A stretch of DNA of 64,000 bases from the NCBI GenBank assembly GCA_035063585.1, contig JAPSGB010000002.1:1-64000 (forward strand). The letters are read 5' to 3'. The stretch is from Polyangiaceae bacterium. Lineage in GTDB: Bacteria; Myxococcota_A; Polyangia; Polyangiales; Polyangiaceae. The notes under the pieces were generated by a model. The model saw only the letters and a program-made list of their open reading frames with translations. It was not told where the DNA came from and ran no database searches. Position numbers and translations under genes: made by a program. Positions 8,760 to 18,916 of this stretch are shown here, one piece after another (position 1 is the first letter of the stretch; the number at the start of each line of letters is the position of its first letter).

Positions 8760-10397
8760 TCAGGAGGGCGTCAAGGAGAAGAGGACGCGGTGGTTCCCCG
8801 CGCTCGCGGCGAGCTGCGGGGCGCGACCCGGCGTCATCACGAGCGCCGGAAGCTGGCCGTCGACGATGGTCTCCTCCGGGCCATTCACGAGCACGGCGCC
8901 GCTCCACGTCTTGCCTCCGTCGCAGCTCTTGTCGACCACCAGCCGAGCGTGGAGCGCGCCGTCGTACGCGTGGTAACCGATCCAGAGGATGCCCGCCGCG
9001 TCGTAACCGATGCTCGGGTTCGTGGCGGGGGCTCGGCTCTGGTCCGGGAGCAGGTAGGTCGGGATGGCGGTTTGCGCGCCGAACGTCTCGCCGCCGTCCG
9101 AGCTCGTGGCGACGAGCAGTTGCCCATCGGTCAGGCCGGTCGACCAGAGCTCGGCCACGCTCTGGTTCGGACCGAACGCGCCGACGGGGCTCGTGAGCGG
9201 CGTGCCGGCGGGGCTCTGCGGATCGACGACGAGCGGCGCGCTGAACGTCTTCGCGAGAGCATCGCTGCACTGCAGGTACACGTGCGCCGCTACGCCGCCG
9301 TCCGTCAGGCCCTTGTAGGTGAGGCACAGCCTGCCCTTGCCGTCGGTGAGCAGGCGCGGGCTCTCGGTCGCACCGCCCGCGTCGTCCGAGCTGCCGTTCT
9401 GCGCGACGCCGATGTCATGATCACCCTGAAGATTGTCGAGCGCGTGAGTGACGCCGTGCGCGACGTAGTCGCCGTCCTGCGCTACGCCAGTGCGAAAGCC
9501 GGCGCCGCGGCTCCCGTCCGCCCAAATCGCGATGTCGGGGTTGCCGTCGCCGTTGTAGCCGCCGGGCGACTCGACCACGACCGCATTCGCCGCCGGCGAC
9601 GCGACGTCGCCGCAGATCCCGACCTGGTCCCAGCCATCGACCCCGCCGGCGGCGCCGCCGACCTGCATCACCGACGTCGTGAAGGTGGCGCCGCCGTCCG
9701 TGCTCACGGCCAGGAACGACGTCGGGCCGCCGCTAGCCTGCGCCGCGGCGTCGCCGAGGTCGTTCCGGTCGCGCACGCTCCCGTACGCGTACACGACGTC
9801 GGGATCTCCGGCATCGATCGCGAGCGCGACGCAGTCGATGGGCTCGGTCGCCCCGTTCGCGAGGTTGACCTTCGTCGCGCCGACCGCCGGCTTCCAGGTG
9901 GCCCCCGCGTCGTCGCTGCGCGCGACCATGAGCGAGGGCGACGCGGACGCCGCGGTCGACCAGACGGCGTAGATCCGCGCGCCGCTCGTCGCGAGCGAGT
10001 GCGGAAAGACGCCGCCGACGAGTGCGGTCGAGCCGTCGATCGTGCGCGCGGGGCCGGGAAACGCCGTCGCGAGCGTGACGGCAGCGCTACCCTGCGCGCT
10101 CGGCTCGGCGGCGCTCGTCGCCGTGACCGTTACACCGTTCGGCGCAGGCGTGGCGAGCGGCGCCGTGTACGTGCCCGCCGCATCGAGCGAGCCGACGCCG
10201 GGCGGGGCGAGCGACCAGGTGACCGTGGCGTCGTCGCTTCCCGTGACGGTCGCGGTGAAGGACGTCTGCGAGCAGGTGAGCACGTCGGTCGAGACCGGGG
10301 ATACCGTCACCGTCACGGTGCGCTTCGAAGCGGGAGCGCTGCACGCTCCCGCGAACGCGACGAGGAGCGAAGAGCCTGCGAGTGACTGCCACTTCAT
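8760..10397 (-). CDS. Lipoprotein with Ig-like domain and BNR/Asp-box (sialidase-like) repeats
   Basis: FAGAC lipobox; VTVSP..FTATVTG Ig-like segment; SDDAGATW, STDGGATF, SSDGGETF and SCDGGKTW Asp-boxes. Confidence 0.8.
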   Translation of the reverse strand: MKWQSLAGSSLLVAFAGACSAPASKRTVTVTVSPVSTDVLTCSQTSFTATVTGSDDATVTWSLAPPGVGSLDAAGTYTAPLATPAPNGVTVTATSAAEPSAQGSAAVTLATAFPGPARTIDGSTALVGGVFPHSLATSGARIYAVWSTAASASPSLMVARSDDAGATWKPAVGATKVNLANGATEPIDCVALAIDAGDPDVVYAYGSVRDRNDLGDAAAQASGGPTSFLAVSTDGGATFTTSVMQVGGAAGGVDGWDQVGICGDVASPAANAVVVESPGGYNGDGNPDIAIWADGSRGAGFRTGVAQDGDYVAHGVTHALDNLQGDHDIGVAQNGSSDDAGGATESPRLLTDGKGRLCLTYKGLTDGGVAAHVYLQCSDALAKTFSAPLVVDPQSPAGTPLTSPVGAFGPNQSVAELWSTGLTDGQLLVATSSDGGETFGAQTAIPTYLLPDQSRAPATNPSIGYDAAGILWIGYHAYDGALHARLVVDKSCDGGKTWSGAVLVNGPEETIVDGQLPALVMTPGRAPQLAASAGNHRVLFSLTPS

Positions 10398-10482
10398 GTC
10401 TGTCCCCCTTTGTCTTTGTGGTGCTGGCAAGTATGACGGGCGTCACCGACCCACTACGCATGACCTTTTCGGACATTCACCC

Positions 10483-11394
10483 ATGATTCGCTCGGAGCGG
10501 CGCGTCGATGCCCCCGCTCTGGCGGCGTTCCTGTCCAACGTGGCGCTCGTCCACACGCGGTTTCGGCTGCACGCCGTGCAAAATGCACGGGTCATCAACG
10601 AGGACCTGCTGCTCGGGCGCGCCTTCCGCCGCGCCGGCAAGCCGTCTCGACCCTCGATGACCGTGCTCCTCGAAGGTGCGGCACGCCTCACGGCGTACGG
10701 CAAGCACCACCGACTCGCGCCGGGGGACGTGCTGGTCGTCGTCGCACGCGACGCCATCCAGATGCGCCAGGAGGGCGACCCCTACGCGAGCTTCGCGCTC
10801 GAGTGGGAGCCCGGCTGGCTCGCGGAAGCGCCAACCCGGACGGCACGCGCACGCCTCGATGCCCGCGCGCTCCGGCGCGCCCGCGACGCGTGGAGCCAGC
10901 TTCGCGCGGGGGACGGCGACGCGGAGGCCATCGTCGAAGCGGTGCTCGCAGTGGGTCGCCAGGCGTTGGTGCGCGTCGCGAGACCCGCCGCCGAGCTGCG
11001 CGAAGAGGCGTCGACGCGCGAGCGCGGCCTGACCGAGGCGCTCGACCACCTGCTCTCGAACCTCGCCGATCAGCCCATGATGCTCGACCTCAGCCAGCGT
11101 CTCGAGGTCACGCCTCGACAGCTCAATCGGCTCATCCGCGAGTACAACCGCAAGTACGCCTTCAACGCCGGCGGATGGCTCGACACGCGCAATCGCCGTC
11201 GCCTGCTCGTCGGAGCCACCTTCATGACGGTACCTGGCGCGACGGCGGCCTACGTCGCGTCGCTCATCGGGTACCGCTCCGCGACCGCGTTCGCGCGAGC
11301 GCTCCGCCACGCAAGGCTGCCACCACCGAGCGAAATCGCGCTCGAGGTCCAGCGCCTCGGCGAGGCCACCGTTACGCTCGTTGGCGGTTCGTGA
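10483..11394 (+). CDS. AraC-family transcriptional regulator
   Basis: N-terminal cupin-like LAPGD; C-terminal HTH pair (VTPRQLNRLI; VASLIGYRSATAFARAL); divergent from the lipoprotein gene. Confidence 0.8.
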   Translation: MIRSERRVDAPALAAFLSNVALVHTRFRLHAVQNARVINEDLLLGRAFRRAGKPSRPSMTVLLEGAARLTAYGKHHRLAPGDVLVVVARDAIQMRQEGDPYASFALEWEPGWLAEAPTRTARARLDARALRRARDAWSQLRAGDGDAEAIVEAVLAVGRQALVRVARPAAELREEASTRERGLTEALDHLLSNLADQPMMLDLSQRLEVTPRQLNRLIREYNRKYAFNAGGWLDTRNRRRLLVGATFMTVPGATAAYVASLIGYRSATAFARALRHARLPPPSEIALEVQRLGEATVTLVGGS

Positions 11395-11539
11395 GCCGCA
11401 CTCGCCCCTCGCGGCGCGCCGCGCCGCCGGCCATGCCGGACCGGCACCATCGAGGGCTCACGCGGGCGCTCGGTCGGCGACGGGGCCGCGCGGGCGACCG
11501 AGACCCGGAGGCGGCGCGAACCTCGGGTATACTGCGCGG

Positions 11540-12205
11540 ATGAGCGCGCGCGCCGACGGCTTCATGGCCTACGGGCGCGCCGTCTGCGCCTACTGCGGTG
11601 CGCTCGGTCCGCTCGGGCAGACGCACTGCTCGGTGTGCGGCGCCGCCTTTCGGCTGCTCGAGCCGATGGCGGTCGAGTGCGGGTGGTGCGGGATCTCGAA
11701 CCGACGCGACCAGACCGACGAGTGCTCGTCGTGCGGAGGCCCACTGACCGCGCTCCCCGGCGGGCACCCGGGGCCGCGACCGCCAGACGCGCCGCGCGCC
11801 TTGCCTCCGGGATACGAAAATCGCGTGAAGTACTTCAGGAACGTCTTCGCGATGCTCGGGATGATCTTCACGGTCTGTTTCTGCTGGACGCTCATCTTTC
11901 CGCTCATCGGCCTCCCGCTTTGGATCCGCGGGCAGCGCAAGGCGCAGCGCCAGCTCACCGCGCTCAGGTACGGGTTCGTGACGCGCGGACGAGTCTTGTC
12001 CGTCACGCTCGACGAATCCCAGTCGATCAACCGGCAACACCCGTGGACGATCGCGTACGAGTACGATCTCCCGAGCTTCACGCTCCGCGGCGAGGTGACG
12101 ACCTGGGACCGGGCGAACACGCGCCGCTCGGCGGGAGACGTGCTCTGGGTCGTGGTCATACCGAGCGCCCCCGCCGAGAGCACGATCTGGCCGCCGATCC
12201 GCTAG
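11540..12205 (+). CDS. Double zinc-ribbon membrane protein (DUF3592-like C-terminus)
   Basis: Four CxxC motifs, two TM segments, C-terminal OB-like domain. Confidence 0.7.
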   Translation: MSARADGFMAYGRAVCAYCGALGPLGQTHCSVCGAAFRLLEPMAVECGWCGISNRRDQTDECSSCGGPLTALPGGHPGPRPPDAPRALPPGYENRVKYFRNVFAMLGMIFTVCFCWTLIFPLIGLPLWIRGQRKAQRQLTALRYGFVTRGRVLSVTLDESQSINRQHPWTIAYEYDLPSFTLRGEVTTWDRANTRRSAGDVLWVVVIPSAPAESTIWPPIR

Positions 12206-12247
12206 CGGCGACTCGCGGGCTCCGCGCGCGCGGCGCGCCTCCTCGGC

Positions 12248-13807
12248 TCAGCCTGCCGGCGCGCTCGTGCGGATCAGGTGGTCGAACGCGCTGAGCGCGG
12301 CGACCGCGCCCCCGCCCGCCGCGGCCACGATCTGCTTGAAGGGGACGGTGGTGGCGTCCCCCGCGGCGAACACGCCCGCGAGCGACGTGCGCCCCCGCTC
12401 GTCGGCCACGATCTCGCCCGTCTTGGCGAGCTCGACGACGCCCTCGAGCCAGCGCGTGTTCGGCAAGAGGCCGATCTGCACGAACACGCCCTCGACCGGG
12501 AGCTCGCGGCCCGCGCCGCTCGCGCGCTCTTCGTATCTTACCGCGGTGACTGCCTGCCCGTCGCCCACGATCTCGGTGGTGCGCGCGCCGAGGATCACTC
12601 GGGCGTTGGCGAGGCTCCGGAGTTTGCGGACCAGCACCGCGTCGGCCTTGAGCGCGTCCATGAACTCGATGACCGTGACTTCGCCGACCACTCCAGCCAG
12701 ATCGATGGCCGCCTCGACGCCGGAGTTGCCGCCGCCGATGACCGCGACGCGCTTGCCGGCAAACAGCGGACCATCACAGTGCGGGCAGTAGGTGACGCCG
12801 CGGGTCCGGTACTTCTCCTCGCCGGGGACTCCGATGTCGCGCCAGCGCGCGCCGGTGGCGAGGATCACGCTCCGCGCGCGCAGCGTCGCGCCGCTCTCGA
12901 GCTCGACTCCGATGAGCTCGCCCGGCAAGAGGCGCGCGGCGCGCTCGTGCTTCACCACCTCGACCGGATACGAGCGCACGTGCGCCTCGAGCGACGCGGC
13001 GAAGCGCGGGCCGTCCGTCTCGAGGAGGCCCGGGTAGTTCTCGATGGAGTTGGTGTCGAGCACCTGCCCGCCGAGCCGGTCGGCCACGAGCCCCGTGCGG
13101 ATCCCCTTGCGCGCCGCGTAGACGGCAGCGGTCGCGCCGGCCGGCCCGCCCCCCACCACGAGCACGTCGAACGGTTCGAGCGCGCCGAGCGCCTCGGCGC
13201 GCTTCTGCTCGGAGGTGTCGTCGAGCTTGGCGATGAGCTCCTCGAGCTCGAGGCGCCCTTGCGAGAACGGCGCTCCGTTCAACAGCACGGTGGGCACGCT
13301 CATGATCCTTCGCTCGGCGACCTCGTCGCGGAACGCTGCGCCGTCGATCGCGGTGTGCGAAATGTCGGGGTTGAGCGCGGCGAGCAAGTTGAGCGCCTGC
13401 ACGACCGTGGGGCAGCTCTGACACTCGATGGAAAAGAACGTCTCGAAGGCGAGCGGGCCGGCGAGCGCCCGCGCCTGGGCGAGCACCTCGTCGTTCTCGC
13501 GCGGCGCGTGGCCGCCGACGTGCAGGAGCGCGAGCACCAGCGAGGTGAGCTCGTGCCCGAGCGGTACCCCGGCGAAGCGGACCCGCGGCGACTCCCCGGG
13601 TCGATGAATCGAGAACGACGGCGCCCGGAGCGCCGGATCGCGGGCTTCCACCACCGAGATGTGCGGCGAGACCTCGGCGAGATCGGCGAGCAGCGCGCGG
13701 AGCTCGCGCGCGACGTCGCTGTCGTCGAGGTTCGCGGTGAGCTCGAGCGGATGCTGGATCCGCGTGAGCGTGTCCTCGAGCTGGGCCTTCAGCGCGTCGT
13801 CGAGCAT
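12248..13807 (-). CDS. ahpF: Alkyl hydroperoxide reductase subunit F
   Basis: GHELTSLVLAL, CQSC, GGGPAG, YCPHCDG and GGGNSG motifs. Confidence 0.97.
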   Translation of the reverse strand: MLDDALKAQLEDTLTRIQHPLELTANLDDSDVARELRALLADLAEVSPHISVVEARDPALRAPSFSIHRPGESPRVRFAGVPLGHELTSLVLALLHVGGHAPRENDEVLAQARALAGPLAFETFFSIECQSCPTVVQALNLLAALNPDISHTAIDGAAFRDEVAERRIMSVPTVLLNGAPFSQGRLELEELIAKLDDTSEQKRAEALGALEPFDVLVVGGGPAGATAAVYAARKGIRTGLVADRLGGQVLDTNSIENYPGLLETDGPRFAASLEAHVRSYPVEVVKHERAARLLPGELIGVELESGATLRARSVILATGARWRDIGVPGEEKYRTRGVTYCPHCDGPLFAGKRVAVIGGGNSGVEAAIDLAGVVGEVTVIEFMDALKADAVLVRKLRSLANARVILGARTTEIVGDGQAVTAVRYEERASGAGRELPVEGVFVQIGLLPNTRWLEGVVELAKTGEIVADERGRTSLAGVFAAGDATTVPFKQIVAAAGGGAVAALSAFDHLIRTSAPAG

Positions 13808-13932
13808 CGGTCATCCTCCGGGGTGGGTGAGCAGCTGGGTGGTGGGGTGTCGGTCCGGCGCGGAATCGTGCGCCCCGGCGCCGGCGACGCGCGGGCCGCT
13901 GGTAGTGACGGCCCGCGCGGTCGACTCGAAGC

Positions 13933-14496
13933 TCAGATCTTTCCGACCAGGTCGAGGGAGGGCTTCAGCGTGCTCTTGCCCTCGTCCCACTTCGCCGGGC
14001 ACACCTCTCCGGGGTGCGACGCGACGTAGCGGGCGGCCTTCGCCTTGCGGACCAGCTCGGCGGCGTTCCTGCCGATACCGTTGTCGTGGATCTCGCAGAG
14101 CTTGATGACGCCGTCCGGGTTGATGAGGAACGTCCCGCGGAGCGCGAGCCCCTGCTCTTCGATGAGGACGTCGAAGTTGCGAGCGAGCTGATGGGTCGGG
14201 TCCCCGACCAGCGGGTACTTCACCTTCTTGATCGAGTCCGAGGTGTCCGCCCAGGCCTTGTGCGAGAAGTGGGTGTCGGTGGAGACGCCGTAGATCTCGA
14301 CCCCGAGCTCCTGGAAGGCCGCGTAGTTGTCCGCGAGATCCTCGAGCTCGGTCGGGCACACGAAGGTGAAGTCCGCCGGGTAGAACACGAACGCGGACCA
14401 CTTGCCCTTGATGGTCTGGTCGGTGACCTCGACGAACTTGCCCTGGTGGTACGCGGTGGCCTTGAACGGCTTGATGGTGGTGTTGATGAGTGACAT
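13933..14496 (-). CDS. ahpC: Alkyl hydroperoxide reductase subunit C (peroxiredoxin)
   Basis: MSLINT..., [20 protein letters not shown] and [18 protein letters not shown]. Confidence 0.98.
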   Translation of the reverse strand: MSLINTTIKPFKATAYHQGKFVEVTDQTIKGKWSAFVFYPADFTFVCPTELEDLADNYAAFQELGVEIYGVSTDTHFSHKAWADTSDSIKKVKYPLVGDPTHQLARNFDVLIEEQGLALRGTFLINPDGVIKLCEIHDNGIGRNAAELVRKAKAARYVASHPGEVCPAKWDEGKSTLKPSLDLVGKI

Positions 14497-14580
14497 GTCT
14501 TTCTCCTTTGGGCCGGTGCGGCGCCCCTCTCGGCACCGCGGCATCGAGGGAGACCATAAGCCTCGGATCTCGCTTCGCAA

Positions 14581-14618
14581 ATTCGAACGTTCTTGAGCAT
14601 CGTTCACGAATTATGAAC
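14581..14618. promoter_or_regulatory. Putative OxyR/LysR operator in the ahpC-oxyR divergent promoter
   Basis: AT-rich island with palindrome GTTCA-N7-TGAAC (14602-14618), containing a T-N11-A motif. Confidence 0.55.
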
Positions 14619-14643
14619 TACTGGGCGCCGAGCCCGAAAGCCC

Positions 14644-15642
14644 GTGGATCTCTCCCAGGTCACCCTCACCCAGCTCAGGTACGCGGTCGCGGTGGCCGAC
14701 GCACGGAACTTCCGTCGCGCCGCCGAGCGCTGTCACGTGTCACTCTCGGGCCTCAGCATGCAGGTGCAGAAGCTGGAGGAGTTGCTCGGCGTGGTGCTCT
14801 TCGACCGGAGCAAGAAGCCGGTGCTGGTCACCCCGGAGGGCGGGCCGGTGCTCGGCCAGATGCGCGCGGTCTTGCGCGAGACGGAGCGGCTCGGCCAGAT
14901 GGCCGCGGAGGGCGACGAGCCGGCGGGCCCCTATCGCCTCGGCGTCATCCCCACCCTCTCGCCGACCGTGCTCCCGCTCTTCCTCGAGGAGTTCGCGCTG
15001 CTCTACCCCAAGGTCGAGCTCACCATCGAGGAGCTGAAGACCGAGGACATCGTCGCGCGGCTCCGCAGCGACACCATCGACGCCGGGCTCGCGGCCACGC
15101 CGCTCGGCCTCACCGGGCTCCACGAGGAGGCGCTCGGGCTCGAGACGTTGCACGCGTACTTGCCGCTCAAAGATCCGCTCCTCCGTAGGCCCGCGGTGCG
15201 GCAGGCCGAGCTCGCGAAGCGCGAGCTCTGGGTGATGCCGGAGGGGCACTGTTTTCGCACCCAGGTGCTCTCGTATTGCGGCCCCGGCGCGGTGCGCGCG
15301 CCGCGCCGCATCCACTTCGAGAGCGGCAGCTTCGAGACGCTGATTCACCTGGTCGACCGCGGGCTCGGCGCGACCGTGCTGCCCGCGTTGGTGGTCGCCG
15401 GGCTCCCGCACCGCAAGCGGCGCGAGCAGGTGCGCCCGCTGATCGCCCCGGTGCCGGCGCGCGAGCTCGGCCTGGTCACCGCCCGGAAGGACCTGCGCCG
15501 CCGCGTGAGCGAGGCGCTCGCCGCGCTGATCCGCGCGAGGCTCGAGGAGTCGCTCGCAGAGGGCCCCGCGCGCGCCGTCGTGCTGGAGCCGCTCGCCCAC
15601 CCGGAGTCGCGAGCGGAGAGTTCGGCTAAGCTCCCGCCATGA
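14644..15642 (+). CDS. oxyR: Hydrogen peroxide-inducible LysR regulator
   Basis: LysR HTH; EGHCFRTQVLSYC redox cysteine pair; divergent from ahpC. Confidence 0.92.
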   Translation: MDLSQVTLTQLRYAVAVADARNFRRAAERCHVSLSGLSMQVQKLEELLGVVLFDRSKKPVLVTPEGGPVLGQMRAVLRETERLGQMAAEGDEPAGPYRLGVIPTLSPTVLPLFLEEFALLYPKVELTIEELKTEDIVARLRSDTIDAGLAATPLGLTGLHEEALGLETLHAYLPLKDPLLRRPAVRQAELAKRELWVMPEGHCFRTQVLSYCGPGAVRAPRRIHFESGSFETLIHLVDRGLGATVLPALVVAGLPHRKRREQVRPLIAPVPARELGLVTARKDLRRRVSEALAALIRARLEESLAEGPARAVVLEPLAHPESRAESSAKLPP

Positions 15643-17171
15643 TCGCTCTCGTGGTGGCCGGGGTCATCCTCGGGCTGCTGGCGCTCCTCGCCGTCCGTGA
15701 TCGGTTGCAGCGGAAGCACTCGATCGTGTCAAACTTCCCCATCATCGGCCACTTCCGCTACCTCTTCGAGAAGTTCGGGCCGCCGCTCCGCCAGTACATC
15801 GTCACCGGCAACGACGAAGAGCGCCCGTTCTCGCGCGATCAGCGAAGCTGGGTCTATGCCTCGAGCAAGCGGGAGAACAACTACTTCGGCTTCGGCACCG
15901 ACAACGATCTCGAGCTCACCCCGGGCTACCTCATCATTCGGCACGCGGCCTTCCCGATCGCGAGCGCGCCGCACGACGAGCTCTACTCCTGCCCGGGGGC
16001 GAAGGTGCTCGGCGGCCACCGCGGGCGGAGGCACGCCTTTCGGCCGAGCTCCATCGTGAACACCTCGGCGATGAGCTACGGCTCGCTCAGCGCGGCGGCG
16101 GTCGAGGCGATCAACCGCGGCGTCGCGCTCTCCGGCGCCCTGCAGAACACCGGCGAGGGCGGCATCTCCGAACATCATCGCCAGGGAGGGGAGCTCGTCT
16201 GGCAGCTCGGCACCGGATATTTTGGCTGCCGCGATGCGGAGGGAAACTTCTCGCTCGAGCGGCTGAAGGAAGGGATCGCGTCGGCGCCGGTGCGCGCGCT
16301 CGAGCTCAAGCTGAGCCAGGGCGCCAAGCCCGGCCTCGGCGGCGTGCTCCCTGCGGCCAAGATCACCCCTGAGATCGCGCGGATCCGCCACATCCCCCTG
16401 GGGCGAGACTGCATCAGCCCGGCCGCGCACTCCGCCTTCTCGGACGCCTCTTCGATGCTCGATTTCATCGAACGGCTCGCCGACGAGACGGGGCTGCCGG
16501 TCGGAATCAAGTCGGCGGTCGGTGAGCTCGAGTTCTGGGAGGAGCTCGCTCGCCTCATCGACACCACCGGGCGCGCGCCGGACTTCATCACCATCGACGG
16601 CGGCGAGGGCGGCACCGGAGCCGCGCCGCTCACCTTCTCCGATCACGTGGCGCTCCCCTTCAAGCTCGGCTTTGCCTCCGTCTATCGGATATTTGCCGAG
16701 CGGGGCGTCGCCGACGACGTCGTGTTCATCGGCTCGGGCAAGCTCGGCTTCCCCGAGCAGGGGCTGCTCGCGCTCGCGCTCGGCTGCGATCTCGTCAACG
16801 TAGGGCGCGAGGCGATGCTCGCCATCGGCTGCATCCAGGCGCAGATCTGTCACACCGGGCACTGCCCGACCGGCGTCACCTCGCAAAGCAAGTGGTTGAT
16901 GGGCGGGCTCGACCCGACGCTCAAGGCTGCGCGGCTCGCCAACTACCTCGTCACGCTGAGGAAGGAGCTTCTCGCGCTCGCGCACGCTTGCGGAGCGCTC
17001 CACCCCGCGCTGGTCGCCCTCGACCGCTTCGACGTGCTCGACGGACTGTCGGCGCGCGGCGCGCGCGAGGTGTTCGGTTATGAGCCCGGTTGGGGCGCGC
17101 CGAGCGCGAACGAGCGCGCGGCCATCGAGGCCATCATGCGCGGGGAGCCCGGTCGACCGAGCGCGGCCTAG
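15639..17171 (+). CDS. FMN-binding glutamate synthase family protein (membrane-anchored)
   Basis: SAMSYGSLS, NTGEGG, KLSQGAKPG, DGGEGGTGAAP and CIQAQICHTGHCPTG motifs. Confidence 0.92.
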   Translation: MIALVVAGVILGLLALLAVRDRLQRKHSIVSNFPIIGHFRYLFEKFGPPLRQYIVTGNDEERPFSRDQRSWVYASSKRENNYFGFGTDNDLELTPGYLIIRHAAFPIASAPHDELYSCPGAKVLGGHRGRRHAFRPSSIVNTSAMSYGSLSAAAVEAINRGVALSGALQNTGEGGISEHHRQGGELVWQLGTGYFGCRDAEGNFSLERLKEGIASAPVRALELKLSQGAKPGLGGVLPAAKITPEIARIRHIPLGRDCISPAAHSAFSDASSMLDFIERLADETGLPVGIKSAVGELEFWEELARLIDTTGRAPDFITIDGGEGGTGAAPLTFSDHVALPFKLGFASVYRIFAERGVADDVVFIGSGKLGFPEQGLLALALGCDLVNVGREAMLAIGCIQAQICHTGHCPTGVTSQSKWLMGGLDPTLKAARLANYLVTLRKELLALAHACGALHPALVALDRFDVLDGLSARGAREVFGYEPGWGAPSANERAAIEAIMRGEPGRPSAA

Positions 17172-18916
17172 CCGCGGCCGACCGCTCGGCGCGCTCCGCG
17201 GCCTCGCGACTCCGGCCCGCGCGGAGACGGCTCTGACGACGGGAGCCGCGCGGCGGCCCACTCGGCGAGCGCCCGGCGCTCGATCTTGGAGTCATGCCGC
17301 GGATCGGTGGGGAGCTTCGGGTGAAAGAGCACGTGGCGGATGGAGGCCGTGGCAGGGTGCCTTGCGGCAAGCTCGAGGAGCTCGGCGCGGAGCTGCGTCT
17401 CGTCCGCCGCCCGCCCACCGCGCACCTCGACGCAGATGACGGGGACCTCGCCGCCGACTCCCGGCACTCCGACGAGCCCGCTGCGAAGTACCGCGGGGTG
17501 CGCGTCGAAGAGCGGCTCGCACTCGAGCGAGAAGAGCGGCGCGCCAGCGAGCTTCACCCGCTGCGAGACGCGCCCGAGGTACCAGAGCCTCCCCGACTCG
17601 TCGAGGTAACCCGCGTCGCCCAGGCGGTGATAAAAGCCGCCGGCGTCGGCGATCTTGTGCTTTTCCGTGTTCTTCGAATCGCCGAAATACGCGGGGCTCA
17701 CGTGCGCGGCCTTCACGATGATTTCACCGACTTCACCGGGCGGGAGCGGCTCCACCTCGTCGAAGGACTCGAGGGGCCCGTCGACGATGCGGATCACCCG
17801 CAGCTCCACGCCCGGGTGCGCGGCGCCGACGCAGATCCCGTCGCCCTGCGCCGTCTGCCCGAAGGCGCCCTCGAGCGCGTCTCGCCCCCGCATCTCGGTG
17901 GCCGGCAAGACCTCGGTCGCCCCGTAGTCTGCGTAGACCTCGCCGCCGTCGCCCATGGTCGCGAGGAGATCGCGCGTCATGGATTCGTAGATGGGCGCGC
18001 CACCCCCGACTACCCAGCGGAGCGACGGCGCGCGGAGCCCGCGCGCCACCGCGTGGCGCCCGAGGTTCTCGAGCAAGACGGGCGAGCCAAAGAGCGAGCG
18101 CGTCCCGGTGTCGTTGATCACCTCGAGCAGCGCGGCCGGATCCGCCTTCCCAGGCGTCTGGCGCGCGAAATCGATGGGCGGCACGACCATGGTCCCGCCG
18201 GCGCTGAGCGGGATGGTGAAGAAGGCCGGGAACACGGCCATGTCGACCGGGAGCTCCTCCACGCCGTCGCGACCAAAGCCGAACACGCGATGCGCGAGGC
18301 GATACATCGCCGACAGGTTTCGGTGGAGGTAGAGGGTGGGCTTGGCCGGGCCGGTGCTGCCGGTGGTGTAGAAGATGGCGACCGGATCGTCGGCGCTCAC
18401 CGCAGGCGGCGCGGGCGACTCGGGTGGCGCGCGCTTCAGCGCCTCGAGCGAGTGCGCGCCCGGGAAGCGACCGCGCACGGCGACCGCCTTGTCGAGCCAG
18501 CGCGGGCCCCAGCCGAACGCCACGCGCCCGAGGTGCGCGAGCGGGATCCCGACGAACGCCTCCGGCTCGACGCGCCGGAGCCGCTCGCCCACGTTCCGGA
18601 GCCCGACCGACGGGTCGATCCAGATCTGGAGCGCGCCGACGCGCGTGAGCGCGAGGCACGCCACGCTCGCCTCGTAGCTCGGCGGCGCCAGGAACACGGT
18701 GCGCGTCCCCTCGCGGATCCCGAGCTCGCGGAGCCCGGGCGCGAGCGACTCCACGTCGCGCGAGAGCTCGAGGTAGGTGTGACGGCGGTAGCGGCGCCGG
18801 CCCCGAGCGTCACGCCCGGCGGGCGCTACCACCGCGACGCGCTCCGGCTCCTCCCGCGCGACCGCGCGAGCCACCTCGGCCAGGTCGAAGACATCGTCCG
18901 GAAACGGAGACGTCAC
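17168..18916 (-). CDS. OleC-like AMP-dependent ligase (beta-lactone synthetase/fatty acid-CoA ligase family)
   Basis: IDPSVG, TTGSTG, YGATE, HRLGD and PTDPRHDSKI, close to OleC signature motifs. Confidence 0.8.
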   Translation of the reverse strand: MTSPFPDDVFDLAEVARAVAREEPERVAVVAPAGRDARGRRRYRRHTYLELSRDVESLAPGLRELGIREGTRTVFLAPPSYEASVACLALTRVGALQIWIDPSVGLRNVGERLRRVEPEAFVGIPLAHLGRVAFGWGPRWLDKAVAVRGRFPGAHSLEALKRAPPESPAPPAVSADDPVAIFYTTGSTGPAKPTLYLHRNLSAMYRLAHRVFGFGRDGVEELPVDMAVFPAFFTIPLSAGGTMVVPPIDFARQTPGKADPAALLEVINDTGTRSLFGSPVLLENLGRHAVARGLRAPSLRWVVGGGAPIYESMTRDLLATMGDGGEVYADYGATEVLPATEMRGRDALEGAFGQTAQGDGICVGAAHPGVELRVIRIVDGPLESFDEVEPLPPGEVGEIIVKAAHVSPAYFGDSKNTEKHKIADAGGFYHRLGDAGYLDESGRLWYLGRVSQRVKLAGAPLFSLECEPLFDAHPAVLRSGLVGVPGVGGEVPVICVEVRGGRAADETQLRAELLELAARHPATASIRHVLFHPKLPTDPRHDSKIERRALAEWAAARLPSSEPSPRGPESRGRGARRAVGRG

